Source: Alphaproteobacteria bacterium
GTDB lineage: Bacteria; Pseudomonadota; Alphaproteobacteria; CAAHEQ01; UBA3637
Reading direction: 5' to 3'
DNA: 64,000 nucleotides
NCBI GenBank assembly: GCA_045532865.1
Contig: JAZSGT010000028.1
Coordinates: forward strand, 18,507 to 82,506
In this document: positions 47,411 to 58,503 of the stretch, one piece after another
How the letters are laid out: each line of letters opens with the position of its first letter
Position numbering within the stretch: position 1 is the stretch's first letter
Translations under genes and position numbers: made by a program
The notes under the pieces: model-generated
Seen by the model: only the letters and a program-made list of their open reading frames with translations
The model's database searches: none
What the model was told of the DNA's origin: nothing

Positions 47411-49059
47411 CTCAAATGAAAAAACAACAAAATGAAGAAGTTAAAAATGTTATCATTGCAATGATTTTGGTAACGATTATTATGTTTACATTTAATCGTT
47501 TTTCAACATCCAAACCAATGGATGAAAATTTGCAAGATGAAGCAATTAAAACCGTTCAGCTTGAACAGCAAAATACGCGTAATCTTGTGCCACAAACGGA
47601 AGTTGTTGTTGAAAAAAAAGCTGATCCTGTCTTACTTAAAAATGAATTTGTTGATGCTTCATTTGACCCTGCTTTAGGTGGATTTAATAAGGTAGCTTTA
47701 TTAAAATATAAAGAAACGTTGGATGCAGATAGTAAAAATATTTCTGTTTTAGGGGATGATTATTTCACTTCACTTCTATGGAAAAGTAAAGATGTAAAAA
47801 TGCCTTCAAAAAATTCTTTTTGGAAAGAGGATGAAACTCGTTCATCTGCGCAAAATAAAGTTTTTGTCTTTCAAAACGAAGAAGTTAAAATTGAGAGAGA
47901 ATTAACACTTGATAATCAATATATGTTTCTAATTAAAGATACAATTACAAATTTAACACAATCTCCAATTAAGGCATATCAAGAAGGATTTATTTCTAGA
48001 AAAATGGAAGCTAATCCTCCAGTTTCAACTGTTCATCAAGGTTTTGTTGGTTATTTAAATGATTATTTAGTTGAAGAAAAATATGATCAAGATGAAAAAA
48101 TTTATTCTGATAGAACAAAAGATGGTTGGTTTGGTTTTACAGATAAATATTGGCAAACATTAATGGTTTTAAATCCAAATGAAAATGTTTCAGTTTCATA
48201 TACATCTGATAAAAATGCAACCTATAAAGCATATTTTGAAACAGATAACTTTTTAATTCAACCAAATCAAAGTGCTTCAAAAACAACACGTTTGTTTGTT
48301 GGTGCAAAAGATATTGATGTGATTAATGCTTATCAAAAAAATCAGAATATAACACATTTTGATTTAAGCATTGATTTTGGGTGGTTCAGATTTTTAACAC
48401 AGCCATTTTTACATTTTTTAAATTGGTTGTATGCTTTATTAGGAAATATGGGAGTTGCGATTTTGGTTTTTGCAACATTAATTCGTTTTGCTTTGTTACC
48501 AATTGCGACAAAATCATATGAGAGCATGGCAAAAATGCGAAAAGTTCAACCAAAAATTAAAGAGTTGCAAAAAAGATTTAAAAAAGATCCACGAAGACTT
48601 CAAATTGAAATGGCAAATCTTTATAAGCGAGAAAAAATCAATCCTGCCTCAGGTTGTTTGCCTTTATTGTTACAAATCCCAGTATTTTTTGCCTTATACA
48701 AAGTGTTATCTATTTCAATTAATATGAGACAGGCTCCATTTTTTGGATGGATTCAAGATTTATCAATGCCAGATCCATTATCTCCATTTAATGGTTTTGG
48801 TTATTTTGATATTGGGTTGCCAGCTTTTTTAACGATTGGTATTTGGCCAATTTTAATGGGATTAACGATGTATATTCAACAAAAATTATCACCAGCTCCA
48901 GCTGACAAAACACAAGCAAAGGTAATGTTGTTTTTGCCTGTAATTTTTACATTAATGATGGGATCATTTGCTTCGGGTTTAATTATTTATTGGACGTGGA
49001 GTAATATTTTATCAATATTCCAACAAAAATATATTATGAAAAAAGTAGGGGTTGAATAA
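47407..49059 (+). CDS. yidC: membrane protein insertase YidC
   Basis: Periplasmic domain plus conserved C-terminal 5-TM core (...[16 protein letters not shown]...). Confidence 0.9.
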   Translation: MTQMKKQQNEEVKNVIIAMILVTIIMFTFNRFSTSKPMDENLQDEAIKTVQLEQQNTRNLVPQTEVVVEKKADPVLLKNEFVDASFDPALGGFNKVALLKYKETLDADSKNISVLGDDYFTSLLWKSKDVKMPSKNSFWKEDETRSSAQNKVFVFQNEEVKIERELTLDNQYMFLIKDTITNLTQSPIKAYQEGFISRKMEANPPVSTVHQGFVGYLNDYLVEEKYDQDEKIYSDRTKDGWFGFTDKYWQTLMVLNPNENVSVSYTSDKNATYKAYFETDNFLIQPNQSASKTTRLFVGAKDIDVINAYQKNQNITHFDLSIDFGWFRFLTQPFLHFLNWLYALLGNMGVAILVFATLIRFALLPIATKSYESMAKMRKVQPKIKELQKRFKKDPRRLQIEMANLYKREKINPASGCLPLLLQIPVFFALYKVLSISINMRQAPFFGWIQDLSMPDPLSPFNGFGYFDIGLPAFLTIGIWPILMGLTMYIQQKLSPAPADKTQAKVMLFLPVIFTLMMGSFASGLIIYWTWSNILSIFQQKYIMKKVGVE

Positions 49060-49712
49060 TGACTTTTTTAACACTCGAAGAACAAACCGAAAAATTAAAA
49101 AAAGAGGGGAATGCTCTTTTTATTGAAAAGCCTACTTTTTTAAGGGGGGTTGCAAGTGTTGATCAATTACCAACAACAAATGTGGATGAATTTGCATTTG
49201 CTGGGCGTTCAAATGTTGGAAAGTCTTCTTTAATTAATGCAGTGACTGGTGTGCGAGGATTAGCACGAGCATCAAATACACCAGGGAGAACGCAAGAACT
49301 TAATTTTTTTGATGCAAATAAACAATTTTTTATTGTTGATTTGCCTGGATATGGTTATGCAGCAGCACCTGAAAAAATGGTTCAAGCATGGACCCGTCTT
49401 ATTCATGATTATCTAAGAGGTCGTGTTCAATTAAAACGTGTTTTTTTGCTTGTTGATTCAAGGCATGGTCTTAAAGACGTTGATGTTAAAATTATGAAAA
49501 TGTTGGATGCAGCAGCTGTTAGTTATCAAATTATTTTAACAAAAATTGATAAAATTTCAAAAGTACAATGTGATAAAGTATTTGCAGAAACAGTTGAAAA
49601 AGCAAAATCACATGTTGCAGCTTATCCAGAAATTTTAGTTACAAGTTCTGAAAAAAATATTGGGATTGAAGCTGTTCGTGCTCAGTTTGTAAAAGTTTTA
49701 AAAGGGATATAA
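49059..49712 (+). CDS. engB: ribosome biogenesis GTPase YihA/EngB
   Basis: AFAGRSNVGKSSLINAVTG G1 motif; placement after yidC as in alphaproteobacteria. Confidence 0.85.
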   Translation: MTFLTLEEQTEKLKKEGNALFIEKPTFLRGVASVDQLPTTNVDEFAFAGRSNVGKSSLINAVTGVRGLARASNTPGRTQELNFFDANKQFFIVDLPGYGYAAAPEKMVQAWTRLIHDYLRGRVQLKRVFLLVDSRHGLKDVDVKIMKMLDAAAVSYQIILTKIDKISKVQCDKVFAETVEKAKSHVAAYPEILVTSSEKNIGIEAVRAQFVKVLKGI

Positions 49713-49716
49713 TAAA

Positions 49717-51042
49717 ATGGCATATTCAATGGGTGAAACAATTTATGCCTTGTCATCAGGTGCTGGAAAAGGTGGTGTTGCCGTTATTAGACTTTCAGGT
49801 TCGGATGCACTTAAAATACTTTCATGCATGACAGGTATTGAAAATCCAAAACCAAGATATGCTTATTTTTCCCCTCTTAAAAATAAAGAAAATATCGTTA
49901 TTGATCATTCATTAGTGCTTTATTTTAAAGGTCCTAACAGTTTTACTGGTGAAGATGTTGTTGAGTTTCAAGTTCATGGAGGCAGAAGCGTTATTGAAAG
50001 TGTTTTTGAAGCTCTTTCAATGTTTAAAAATGCACGTCCTGCTGAAGCTGGTGAGTTTTCAAGACGGGCTGTTGTTCATGGGAAAATGGATTTGACAAGT
50101 GCTGAAGGTTTGATGGATTTAATTGATGCACAAACGGAATGGCAACGAAGACAAGCTTTGACTCAAATGGAGGGAAAATTAGGAGCGCTTTATGAAGGAT
50201 GGCGCCAATTATTGATAAAAGATATGGCTTATTTAGAGGCTTTTATTGATTTTCCTGAAGAAGATATTCCTCCAGAAAAAATGAAGCTAATTGACGAAGG
50301 GGTATTACGTCTTATTTGTCAAATTGAAAACCATTTAAAAGATAATAAAAAAGGCCAACGGTTAAGAAATGGATTTCAAATTGCAATTATTGGCGAACCA
50401 AATGTTGGTAAATCTAGCTTGATTAATTTATTGAGCGAAAAAGATGTTGCTATTGTTTCAAATATTGCAGGAACGACAAGAGATGTTGTTGAAACGTATT
50501 TAGATATTGAAGGGTTTCCTGTTGTTTTGGCTGATACAGCAGGTTTGAGGGATAATGCAGAAGAAATTGAAGCTGAAGGTATTAAACGTGCTGTTAGAAA
50601 AGCTGAAGAATCTGATTTAATTTTGCATGTATGCGACATTAAAAATTACCCAAATAAAGATTCTTTGCCTGAAAATTTAAAAGATATTCCATCAATTACT
50701 GTATGGAATAAGTTAGATGTTGTTCACAGAAAAGTAAGTGAAACAGAAATAGCTATGAGTGCCAAAACAAAAGAAGGATTTTCTAAATTAAAGAGTCAAA
50801 TAGCCTCCTTTTTGATGGAAAATTTTTCACCAGACACAACTGGTGTTATCACAAGAGAAAGATATAGAAAAGCATTAGAAGATTGTGTTCATTCATTGAA
50901 AAGTTCATTGATGTCATATGAATTAGAATTAAAAGCTGAAGATTTGAGAATGGCATCAAGAGCATTAGGACGAATTGTTGGTAAAATTGAAACAGAAGAA
51001 TTATTAGATGTGGTCTTTCGTGATTTTTGTATCGGAAAATAA
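49717..51042 (+). CDS. mnmE: tRNA modification GTPase MnmE
   Basis: GEPNVGKSSLINLL and DTAGLRD motifs, and C-terminal CIGK. Confidence 0.9.
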   Translation: MAYSMGETIYALSSGAGKGGVAVIRLSGSDALKILSCMTGIENPKPRYAYFSPLKNKENIVIDHSLVLYFKGPNSFTGEDVVEFQVHGGRSVIESVFEALSMFKNARPAEAGEFSRRAVVHGKMDLTSAEGLMDLIDAQTEWQRRQALTQMEGKLGALYEGWRQLLIKDMAYLEAFIDFPEEDIPPEKMKLIDEGVLRLICQIENHLKDNKKGQRLRNGFQIAIIGEPNVGKSSLINLLSEKDVAIVSNIAGTTRDVVETYLDIEGFPVVLADTAGLRDNAEEIEAEGIKRAVRKAEESDLILHVCDIKNYPNKDSLPENLKDIPSITVWNKLDVVHRKVSETEIAMSAKTKEGFSKLKSQIASFLMENFSPDTTGVITRERYRKALEDCVHSLKSSLMSYELELKAEDLRMASRALGRIVGKIETEELLDVVFRDFCIGK

Positions 51043-51067
51043 AATTAAAGGATAAAAGGATTTGTGT

Positions 51068-52915
51068 ATGAATAAAAAATATGATGTAATTGTTGTTGGG
51101 GGTGGGCATGCAGGATGTGAAGCTTGTGCAGCAGCCGCACGAGTGGGTGCAAAAACACTGTTAATAACGCATCATATTTCCACGATAGCTGATATGTCTT
51201 GTAACCCTGCAATTGGTGGTTTAGGAAAAGGAACTTTGGTTCGAGAAATTGATGCTTTAGATGGTTTGATGGGGCATGTTATTGATAAAACGGGTATTCA
51301 ATTTCGCATTCTAAATCAGTCAAAAGGTCCGGCTGTTCAAGGTCCAAGAGCACAAGCAGATAAAGATGCGTATAAAAAATACATGCAAGAGATTTTGCTT
51401 TCTTATCCAAATTTAGAAATTTTAGAAGGTGATGCGCAAGAGATTTTGTTTGAGGATAACCAAATAAAAGGTATTATTGTTTCTGATGAAACAATTTTGG
51501 CAGATAGTTTGGTTATTACAACAGGAACATTTTTGAATGGATTAATGCATATTGGAACTGAAAAAGTTGAAGGTGGACGCTTTGGGGAAGACGCGTCTAA
51601 AGGAATTACGCCTTCACTTAAAAAAATGGGTTTTGTACTGGGTCGTTTAAAAACTGGTACGCCGGCTAGATTGGATAAAGATTCAATTGATTGGTCATTA
51701 CTAGAAGAGCAAAAAGGAGATGAAGAACCAAAACCATTTTCTTTCATGACAACAGATTTTTATCCTGTTCAAGAATCTTGTTATATCACACATACAACGC
51801 CTGAAACGCATAAAGTTATTTTGGACAATTTGGATCGTGCCCCATTATATAGTGGACAAATTAATTCTGTTGGGCCAAGATATTGCCCAAGTATTGAAGA
51901 TAAATTGGTTCGTTTTCAAGGAAGAGATTCTCACCATATTTTCTTAGAACCTGAAACAAAAGATGGCATCAGCATTTATCCAAATGGGATTTCTACTTCT
52001 TTACCAAAAGATGTTCAAGAAGCTTTTTTAAGAACAATACCTGGTTTGGAAAATGTGAAGATTTTGCGTTATGCTTATGCTATTGAATATGATTATGTTG
52101 ATCCAAGAGAGCTTAAATTAACACTTGAAACAAAAAAAGTGAAAGGTCTATTCTTAGCAGGACAAATCAATGGAACGACGGGGTATGAAGAAGCTGCTGG
52201 GCAAGGTTTGTTGGCTGGGGTTAATGCGGCTCATTTTGCATTAAAAACAGGTAAAACGTTGGTGTTTGACCGATCGGATTCTTACTTGGGTGTTATGATT
52301 GATGATATTACAACACAGGGGATTGATGAACCGTATCGTCTGTTTACTTCTCGAGCTGAATATCGTTTGACGATGCGAGCAGATAATGCCGATTTACGTT
52401 TGACAATGCAAGGAATAGACAGTTCTTGTGTTGGTGAAAAAAGAAAAAAATATTTCTTAGAAAAAAAACGTTTGATGGATGAAGCAAGAGACTTGGTTTC
52501 AACTTTGTATCGAACACCAAAAGAGCTGAATGAACTTGGTTATAATATTAATCTTGATGGACAAAAAAGGAATCCATATGATTTACTTTCATGTCAAGGA
52601 ATTGTTTGGGCAGATGTGATAAAAGTTTGGCCTGTATTGAAAGGAATAAGAAAAGACATTGCTGAACAGTTAGAGATTGAGGGTAGATATCATGGGTATT
52701 TATCCAGACAAAAATCTGATATTGAATCGTTTAAAAAAGACGAAGCACTTAAAATTCCTGAAAATATTGACTATTCAAAAATTGGTGGTCTTTCAAATGA
52801 AATTGTTATACGTTTAACAAGAAGTAAACCTTTAACAATTGGTGCGATGACAAGAATGATGGGGGTTACTCCAGCAGCTGTTACAGCTGTGATTGCATAT
52901 TTAAAGAAAAAGTAA
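51068..52915 (+). CDS. mnmG: tRNA uridine 5-carboxymethylaminomethyl modification enzyme MnmG (GidA)
   Basis: [18 protein letters not shown]-binding start; about 615 aa; RBS aagga. Confidence 0.9.
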   Translation: MNKKYDVIVVGGGHAGCEACAAAARVGAKTLLITHHISTIADMSCNPAIGGLGKGTLVREIDALDGLMGHVIDKTGIQFRILNQSKGPAVQGPRAQADKDAYKKYMQEILLSYPNLEILEGDAQEILFEDNQIKGIIVSDETILADSLVITTGTFLNGLMHIGTEKVEGGRFGEDASKGITPSLKKMGFVLGRLKTGTPARLDKDSIDWSLLEEQKGDEEPKPFSFMTTDFYPVQESCYITHTTPETHKVILDNLDRAPLYSGQINSVGPRYCPSIEDKLVRFQGRDSHHIFLEPETKDGISIYPNGISTSLPKDVQEAFLRTIPGLENVKILRYAYAIEYDYVDPRELKLTLETKKVKGLFLAGQINGTTGYEEAAGQGLLAGVNAAHFALKTGKTLVFDRSDSYLGVMIDDITTQGIDEPYRLFTSRAEYRLTMRADNADLRLTMQGIDSSCVGEKRKKYFLEKKRLMDEARDLVSTLYRTPKELNELGYNINLDGQKRNPYDLLSCQGIVWADVIKVWPVLKGIRKDIAEQLEIEGRYHGYLSRQKSDIESFKKDEALKIPENIDYSKIGGLSNEIVIRLTRSKPLTIGAMTRMMGVTPAAVTAVIAYLKKK

Positions 52916-53049
52916 ATAACATAAGTATTTATTTAAAATTTTCTTCTCTTGACAAAGCTTTAATTTAACCACACCTATAAGAGTGATTTAGCTGGGCTGT
53001 CGTAGAAAAACGAGGCTTTTTGTGAAATTAACAATTACTAGGGGGTATT

Positions 53050-53310
53050 ATGAAAAAAGAAATGAATGATATAACATGTTTAAGTATTGAAGAAAGGAAA
53101 ATCTTAAAAGAAGAAATTAAACAAGCATGGCCAGAGTTACCACTTGAACTGAAACAATTTATTGTTGAGGCAATGCAACAAAATTTAAAAACACTTTATA
53201 TGTTGCAAGATTGGGCAAAGAAAGAAAATCATGAAACAATGCTTGATTTGGTTTCTCGCAAAATTGCTTATAAAGAAGATGTTGTTCAAAAAATGGAATC
53301 CTCAATATAG
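53050..53310 (+). CDS. hypothetical small protein
   Basis: 86 aa; RBS aggggg; precedes the LuxR-type gene. Confidence 0.4.
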   Translation: MKKEMNDITCLSIEERKILKEEIKQAWPELPLELKQFIVEAMQQNLKTLYMLQDWAKKENHETMLDLVSRKIAYKEDVVQKMESSI

Positions 53311-53324
53311 GTAAAGGAGGCCAT

Positions 53325-53570
53325 ATGGAGCAAAATGAAAAAAATTATCAAAAAGAAAATTACGCATTGGGTGATGGTTCCTTTTTGTCTGAACGACAAG
53401 TAGCTGTTTTAAATCAATTGGCGCTTGGTTTATCAAATAAGCAAATTGCGCATGTTTTAGGTGTTGCAGAACCAACGATAAAAATGCATGTGAGTTCGTT
53501 ATTGAGGGCTTTTAAAGTTCAAAATCGTGTTCAAATTTTATTAAAAGCCAAAGAAAAAGATTTTGTGTAA
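53325..53570 (+). CDS. LuxR-family helix-turn-helix protein (stand-alone HTH)
   Basis: LSERQVAVLNQLALGLSNKQIAHVLGVAEPTIKMHVSSLLRAFKVQNRVQ matches the LuxR/GerE HTH signature; RBS aaggagg. Confidence 0.6.
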   Translation: MEQNEKNYQKENYALGDGSFLSERQVAVLNQLALGLSNKQIAHVLGVAEPTIKMHVSSLLRAFKVQNRVQILLKAKEKDFV

Positions 53571-53602
53571 TGCAAAGGAACAAAAAAACAGGCAAGTTTA
53601 AT

Positions 53603-53637
53603 GACTTGTCTGTTTTTTTATGTATATTTTTGATAAT
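53603..53637 (+). terminator. rho-independent terminator
   Basis: acaggcaagt ttaatg acttgtctgt followed by T7. Confidence 0.7.
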
Positions 53638-53740
53638 TGTATTTGTGATTATTTTTATATTTTGGGGTAAAAATAAATTGCTTTTGCCCTTAAAATTTGG
53701 TACGTTAAGAAAAGTAAAAAATAAATTTAAAGAGGGTTAT

Positions 53741-55381
53741 ATGATTAAATCACATTCATTTTTGTTTGGAGCTATTGTTTCAACTTTGGTATTATATAGT
53801 GGTTCAGAAGCTTGGGCAACACAAAATAACCAAACTGTGCCAACTCAAACAGAACAACAAAAAAAGATTCAAGTTCCTGTTTATTCAAAAGAGGATGTTA
53901 TTTTTCATGAAGGTTTATTTTTGAAAAAGACTGATAAACAGCCTGTGAATGGTGTTCTTCAAGCAAAATCAGAGAGTGGAAAAGTAATTGCACAGACATT
54001 TTTTTATAATGGTATGCCTCATGGGGAGAGTGTTACGTTTTATGATAATGGGAAAACTAAAACTCATGAAAAATATAATCAAGGCCGTTTGCATGGAAAA
54101 TCAGTTTCTTATTATGAAAATGGTAAAATTTTAAACGAATCCTATTTCTATATGGGTAGACCTGAAGGTAAATCAACAGTTTTTTATGAAGATGGAAGTG
54201 TCAAGTTTGAAACCATGTATAAAAATGGGAAGAAAAATGGGGATGATAAAGCCTTTTTTGAACAAGGAAAACCCATGTTGTTGCGCCATTATACAGATGG
54301 TGTTTTAGATGGACCTGTTAAAGAATACTATCAAAATGGTAATTTAAAGGGTGAGGGAGTATTTAAAAAAGATGGACCCGAAGGTATTGTGAAAACATAT
54401 TATGAAAATGGTAAATTAAGAACAGAGGAAATGTACGTTAAAGGTAAAAAACAAGGGCCTTCTAAGTCATATTATGATTTTGGACAATTGATGCAAGAAG
54501 AAAATTATGAAAATGATTTGTTGACGGGTATTGCTAAAAATTATTATGAAGATGGTCGCATTGAAAAAGAGGCTACATATCAAAATGGAAAACAAGAAGG
54601 GGCTGTGAAAGTTTATTATAACACAGGACAAATAAAACTGGATGCGATTTATAAAAATGATTTGCCACATGGAAAATTAACAACATATTTCTTAGATGGA
54701 AATATTCAAACAAGTGTTGAAATGGTTGATGGCAAATTGAATGGAAAAATAGTTGAATATTATGAAAATGGACAAATTGCTTTAGAAAAAAATTACAAAA
54801 TGGGATTAGAAGATGGCCCTGTAATTGCCTATTATGAAAATGGGAAGAAAAAAATGGCAACCATTTTTAAAGATGGTAAAAAAGAAGGGGAATTTGCAAA
54901 TTTTTATGAGGATGGTTCTCAAAGTACACGAACAATGTTTAAAAATGACAAACCTCATGGTGAATTCAAACAATATTATCCAAATGGACAGCTCAATGTT
55001 GAAGGCGCATATATCGATGGTAAATTAAATGGAGTACAAAAAATTTATTACAATACAGGAAAGCTTCAAAGTGAAGATTTTTACAAAAATGATTTGCTAG
55101 AAGGCGAAAGTAAGACATATTATGAAAATGGTGTTTTAAGAAGTACTTCTTATTTTAAAGAAGGGAAGAAACACGGTAAGGCACTCATTTATGATGAAGC
55201 TGGGACATTGATTTTAGATATGACATTTGATATGGACAATTTAGTTGCTGCTAAAACTAAAAAAATGATGGATGATGAAGCAGCAGCTACTGGTGAAAAA
55301 AAGGTTGAAGCAAAACCAGCGATAGAAAATAAAGAAACTGCATCTATTCAAAATAAAGAATCTATAAAGACAACGAATTAA
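53741..55381 (+). CDS. MORN-repeat-variant (YwqK-family) repeat protein with signal peptide
   Basis: More than 15 tandem YYENGKL/KNGK.EG...YYENG repeats; signal peptide MIKSHSFLFGAIVSTLVLYSGSEAWA; start set after the upstream terminator, with an aagaggg RBS. Confidence 0.65.
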   Translation: MIKSHSFLFGAIVSTLVLYSGSEAWATQNNQTVPTQTEQQKKIQVPVYSKEDVIFHEGLFLKKTDKQPVNGVLQAKSESGKVIAQTFFYNGMPHGESVTFYDNGKTKTHEKYNQGRLHGKSVSYYENGKILNESYFYMGRPEGKSTVFYEDGSVKFETMYKNGKKNGDDKAFFEQGKPMLLRHYTDGVLDGPVKEYYQNGNLKGEGVFKKDGPEGIVKTYYENGKLRTEEMYVKGKKQGPSKSYYDFGQLMQEENYENDLLTGIAKNYYEDGRIEKEATYQNGKQEGAVKVYYNTGQIKLDAIYKNDLPHGKLTTYFLDGNIQTSVEMVDGKLNGKIVEYYENGQIALEKNYKMGLEDGPVIAYYENGKKKMATIFKDGKKEGEFANFYEDGSQSTRTMFKNDKPHGEFKQYYPNGQLNVEGAYIDGKLNGVQKIYYNTGKLQSEDFYKNDLLEGESKTYYENGVLRSTSYFKEGKKHGKALIYDEAGTLILDMTFDMDNLVAAKTKKMMDDEAAATGEKKVEAKPAIENKETASIQNKESIKTTN

Positions 55382-55483
55382 ATGTTTGGTATATAGAATG
55401 ATAAAAGTTCTTTACAAAAGAGCTTTTATCGTCTATGTAGGAAAGTACATATTTTTATATGTTTCAATTATAAGGATTTAAAA

Positions 55484-56368
55484 ATGACTTGTTTTTCAAA
55501 ATTTATAAATGTTGTTGGTTGTGGGGTATTGATTGCTTCAAGCACGGTTGCATTTGCTGGAGATGAATATCAAAAACCATCAGAACTCAGAGCAAATTTT
55601 AGACGTGTTGGTCTTGAAATGTCTTCAACGAAAGTTTCAAATGCAAAGGAATATGAGAATTCACCAGTTACGCAATTAAATGCTGATAACCAAAGTTTAA
55701 TTAAAGGCGTGTTTGATTTTGTTTTAGAATATGACAATCAAGATATGCGTTGGGATAATTCTTTGTTTATGAATTATGGTAGAACCAAAATCAAAGGTCA
55801 TGAAGAAGGGGATGTTTCTGAAACAAGCGAAAATGAAGATAAGATTTTGCTGACATCTGATTATGCTTACAAAATGTGGAAAGTGCGTGATATGGATTTA
55901 GGTCCATTTGCAAGTATTGCCTATCAAACGGAATTTACACGTAATGAAGATGCGCCAAGAATGAAAGTTTTTCGTGGCAAGAGTGGTTTAAAATTGTTTA
56001 GTGGTAAAATTGTTAAAGAATTATATGTTGCTGGTGTAGGTGAATATGATATCACATATAGTGATCATGTGGGTAAATTTGCAGCTGAAACAGGTTGGCG
56101 CTTAGAACATCAGTTAAGAGATGGTGTTCAATTGTCAACAGACGGTTATTTTAGAAAATATTTTACATATAGCCAGTATGTAGGAACAGACTTAAAATAC
56201 GATTTAAATGTAACTGCAAGAATGGATGTTGATATTACTGAAACGTTAACATTTGGTCCATATATTTCATATCGTTTAGCGCAATCTCGTGAAGCAAGTA
56301 GTCATGCAAGTAACTTGATGATTGGTGTTTCATTAGCTTATAAAAATTTGTATCAATTATTTCAATAA
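55484..56368 (+). CDS. putative outer-membrane beta-barrel protein (DUF3078-like)
   Basis: Signal peptide; alternating amphipathic beta-strand pattern; C-terminal aromatic residue (..YQLFQ). Confidence 0.4.
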   Translation: MTCFSKFINVVGCGVLIASSTVAFAGDEYQKPSELRANFRRVGLEMSSTKVSNAKEYENSPVTQLNADNQSLIKGVFDFVLEYDNQDMRWDNSLFMNYGRTKIKGHEEGDVSETSENEDKILLTSDYAYKMWKVRDMDLGPFASIAYQTEFTRNEDAPRMKVFRGKSGLKLFSGKIVKELYVAGVGEYDITYSDHVGKFAAETGWRLEHQLRDGVQLSTDGYFRKYFTYSQYVGTDLKYDLNVTARMDVDITETLTFGPYISYRLAQSREASSHASNLMIGVSLAYKNLYQLFQ

Positions 56369-56380
56369 AGGAGTATCAAA

Positions 56381-56857
56381 ATGAAGTTATTAAATGAATT
56401 TAAAAAATTTGCAATGCGTGGCAATGTTTTGGATATGGCTGTTGGTATTATTATTGGGGCAGCATTCGGAAAGATTGTTGACTCACTTGTTAAAGATGTG
56501 ATTATGCCTCCAATTGGGTTGGCAATGGGGAAAATTGATTTTGCAAACCTCTTTTTTGTGTTGAAAGATGGAGCCGGAGCATCTGGTCCATACCACTCTC
56601 TTTCAGCCGCACAAGCAGCTGGTGCGGTTACAATGAATGTTGGTATGTTTTTAAACACAATTATCAGTTTTACAATTGTTGCTTTTGCAGTGTTTATGCT
56701 TATAAAAGCAGTGAATACATTACAAGCTAAATTGGAAGCAGCTGAAAAAGAAGAAGCTTCAGCAGCAGCTCCAACAACAAAAGAATGTCCATGCTGTTTT
56801 TCAAAAATAGATATTCGTGCAACAAAATGTCCTAACTGTACATCTGATATAAAATAA
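56381..56857 (+). CDS. mscL: large-conductance mechanosensitive channel with a C-terminal Cys4 zinc-ribbon-like tail
   Basis: [31 protein letters not shown]...PP MscL signature; extra C-terminus [25 protein letters not shown]. Confidence 0.85.
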   Translation: MKLLNEFKKFAMRGNVLDMAVGIIIGAAFGKIVDSLVKDVIMPPIGLAMGKIDFANLFFVLKDGAGASGPYHSLSAAQAAGAVTMNVGMFLNTIISFTIVAFAVFMLIKAVNTLQAKLEAAEKEEASAAAPTTKECPCCFSKIDIRATKCPNCTSDIK

Positions 56858-56880
56858 TAAATTTATTAAAATAACTTGCA

Positions 56881-56941
56881 AGGACGGTTTTTTCGTTGTA
56901 AAAATGTATGAGCATTTTAAAGACGATGACCGTCCTTTTTC
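56881..56941 (+). terminator. terminator-like hairpin after mscL
   Basis: aggacggt...accgtcct 8-bp stem with a large loop, followed by T5. Confidence 0.45.
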
Positions 56942-56965
56942 TATATAAAAATATGGGGGAATAAA

Positions 56966-58495
56966 ATGAAAAAATACTTTATGGCAGGATTGATGATGTG
57001 CTTTTTTTCATGTGTAGCGGTGAGCGAAGATATTCCTTCCTTTAAGTATAATAACGTTATTGTTAAAGCAAGAGAATTAGCTTCAAAAAAATATAAGCCA
57101 CAAGAATTAAGGTTGCCACAAGAATTGGTTTCAATGGATTATGATGCATTTAGAAATGTGCGTTATGTTCGAGAAGAGGGACCTTGGTATGGGAAAAACA
57201 TTCCTTTTGAAATTCAATTTTTTCATATGGGGTCAATTTTTAAAAATTCTGTTCGTGTTAATGAAATTATTGGTGGAAAACCTGTGTATATTCCTTATGA
57301 AGGGCATGCATTTACAAACAATAATAACCCATTAAATGCAAAAGGATTTGGTGATATTGATTATGCTGGTTTTCGTTTGCATTATCCTTTAAATACACCA
57401 GATTACTATGATGAATTGATCACGTTTTTGGGTGCAAGCTATTTTAGAGCTTTAGGACAAGGTCAAAAGTATGGTATCTCTGCTCGTGGATTAGCAATTG
57501 ATACTGGGCTTCAAACGGGAGAGGAGTTTCCTGTTTTTAAAGAATTTTGGGTGAAACGACCAGCTCAGCGTAATAGGAATATGACAATTTATGCTTTGCT
57601 AGATAGCAAAAGTGTAACAGGGGCTTATGAATTTTTTATTCAACCAGGAAAAACAACAAAAATTGATGTAACTGCAACAATTTTCCCACGAGAAGACATC
57701 AACAAATTGGGAATTGCACCTTTAACGAGTATGTATTTGTTTGGTGAAAATACAAAAGCAAGATTTTTTGATTATCGGCCAGAAGTTCATGACAGTGATG
57801 GACTGCTTGTTTTAAATGGAAATGATGAATGGTTGTGGCGGCCATTGGATAATTCAAAACAACTTAGAATGAGTTCTTTTGTTGATAACAATCCAAAAGG
57901 ATTTGGATTGTTGCAACGTGATAGAAATCCTGACCATTACCAAGATATGGAAGCTTATTATGAACAACGACCAAGTGTTTGGATTGAACCATTATTTGGT
58001 TTTTCAAAAGGAAGTGTTCATTTGGTTGAAATTCCATCAGATAGAGAAATTCATGATAATGTTGTTGCCTTTTTTTGGCCAGATAAAAAAATTGAAAAAG
58101 GAAAGGAATATCTATTTAAATATCGCATGCATTGGATGAGTGATGCTGTTCCTGAAATTTCAGATAAGGCATATGTTGATTCAACATATTCAGGGGTTGG
58201 AGGTGTTGCTGGAAGTCCAAGAGAGACATTTACAAAATTTGTGATTGATTTTAAAGGTGGGAAATTAGATTCAATTGAAAATGAAAGTTTTTTAAATCCA
58301 GTTGTTTCTGCTTCATCTGGTCATATAAATAATGTTGTTGTTCAAAAGAACACAATTTCAGGAGGATATAGATTATTTTTTGATTATAAACCAAGTGAAA
58401 AAACAGCAGAGCTTCGTGCATCACTTTCTTCAAAAAAAGATGAAGATGCTGGTGCTATTTTAACAGAAGTTTGGTCATATCAATTTTTACCATAG
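56966..58495 (+). CDS. opgG: glucans biosynthesis protein G (periplasmic)
   Basis: MdoG/OpgG family length and conserved blocks; signal peptide. Confidence 0.85.
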   Translation: MKKYFMAGLMMCFFSCVAVSEDIPSFKYNNVIVKARELASKKYKPQELRLPQELVSMDYDAFRNVRYVREEGPWYGKNIPFEIQFFHMGSIFKNSVRVNEIIGGKPVYIPYEGHAFTNNNNPLNAKGFGDIDYAGFRLHYPLNTPDYYDELITFLGASYFRALGQGQKYGISARGLAIDTGLQTGEEFPVFKEFWVKRPAQRNRNMTIYALLDSKSVTGAYEFFIQPGKTTKIDVTATIFPREDINKLGIAPLTSMYLFGENTKARFFDYRPEVHDSDGLLVLNGNDEWLWRPLDNSKQLRMSSFVDNNPKGFGLLQRDRNPDHYQDMEAYYEQRPSVWIEPLFGFSKGSVHLVEIPSDREIHDNVVAFFWPDKKIEKGKEYLFKYRMHWMSDAVPEISDKAYVDSTYSGVGGVAGSPRETFTKFVIDFKGGKLDSIENESFLNPVVSASSGHINNVVVQKNTISGGYRLFFDYKPSEKTAELRASLSSKKDEDAGAILTEVWSYQFLP

Positions 58496-58503
58496 GATAA
58501 AAA

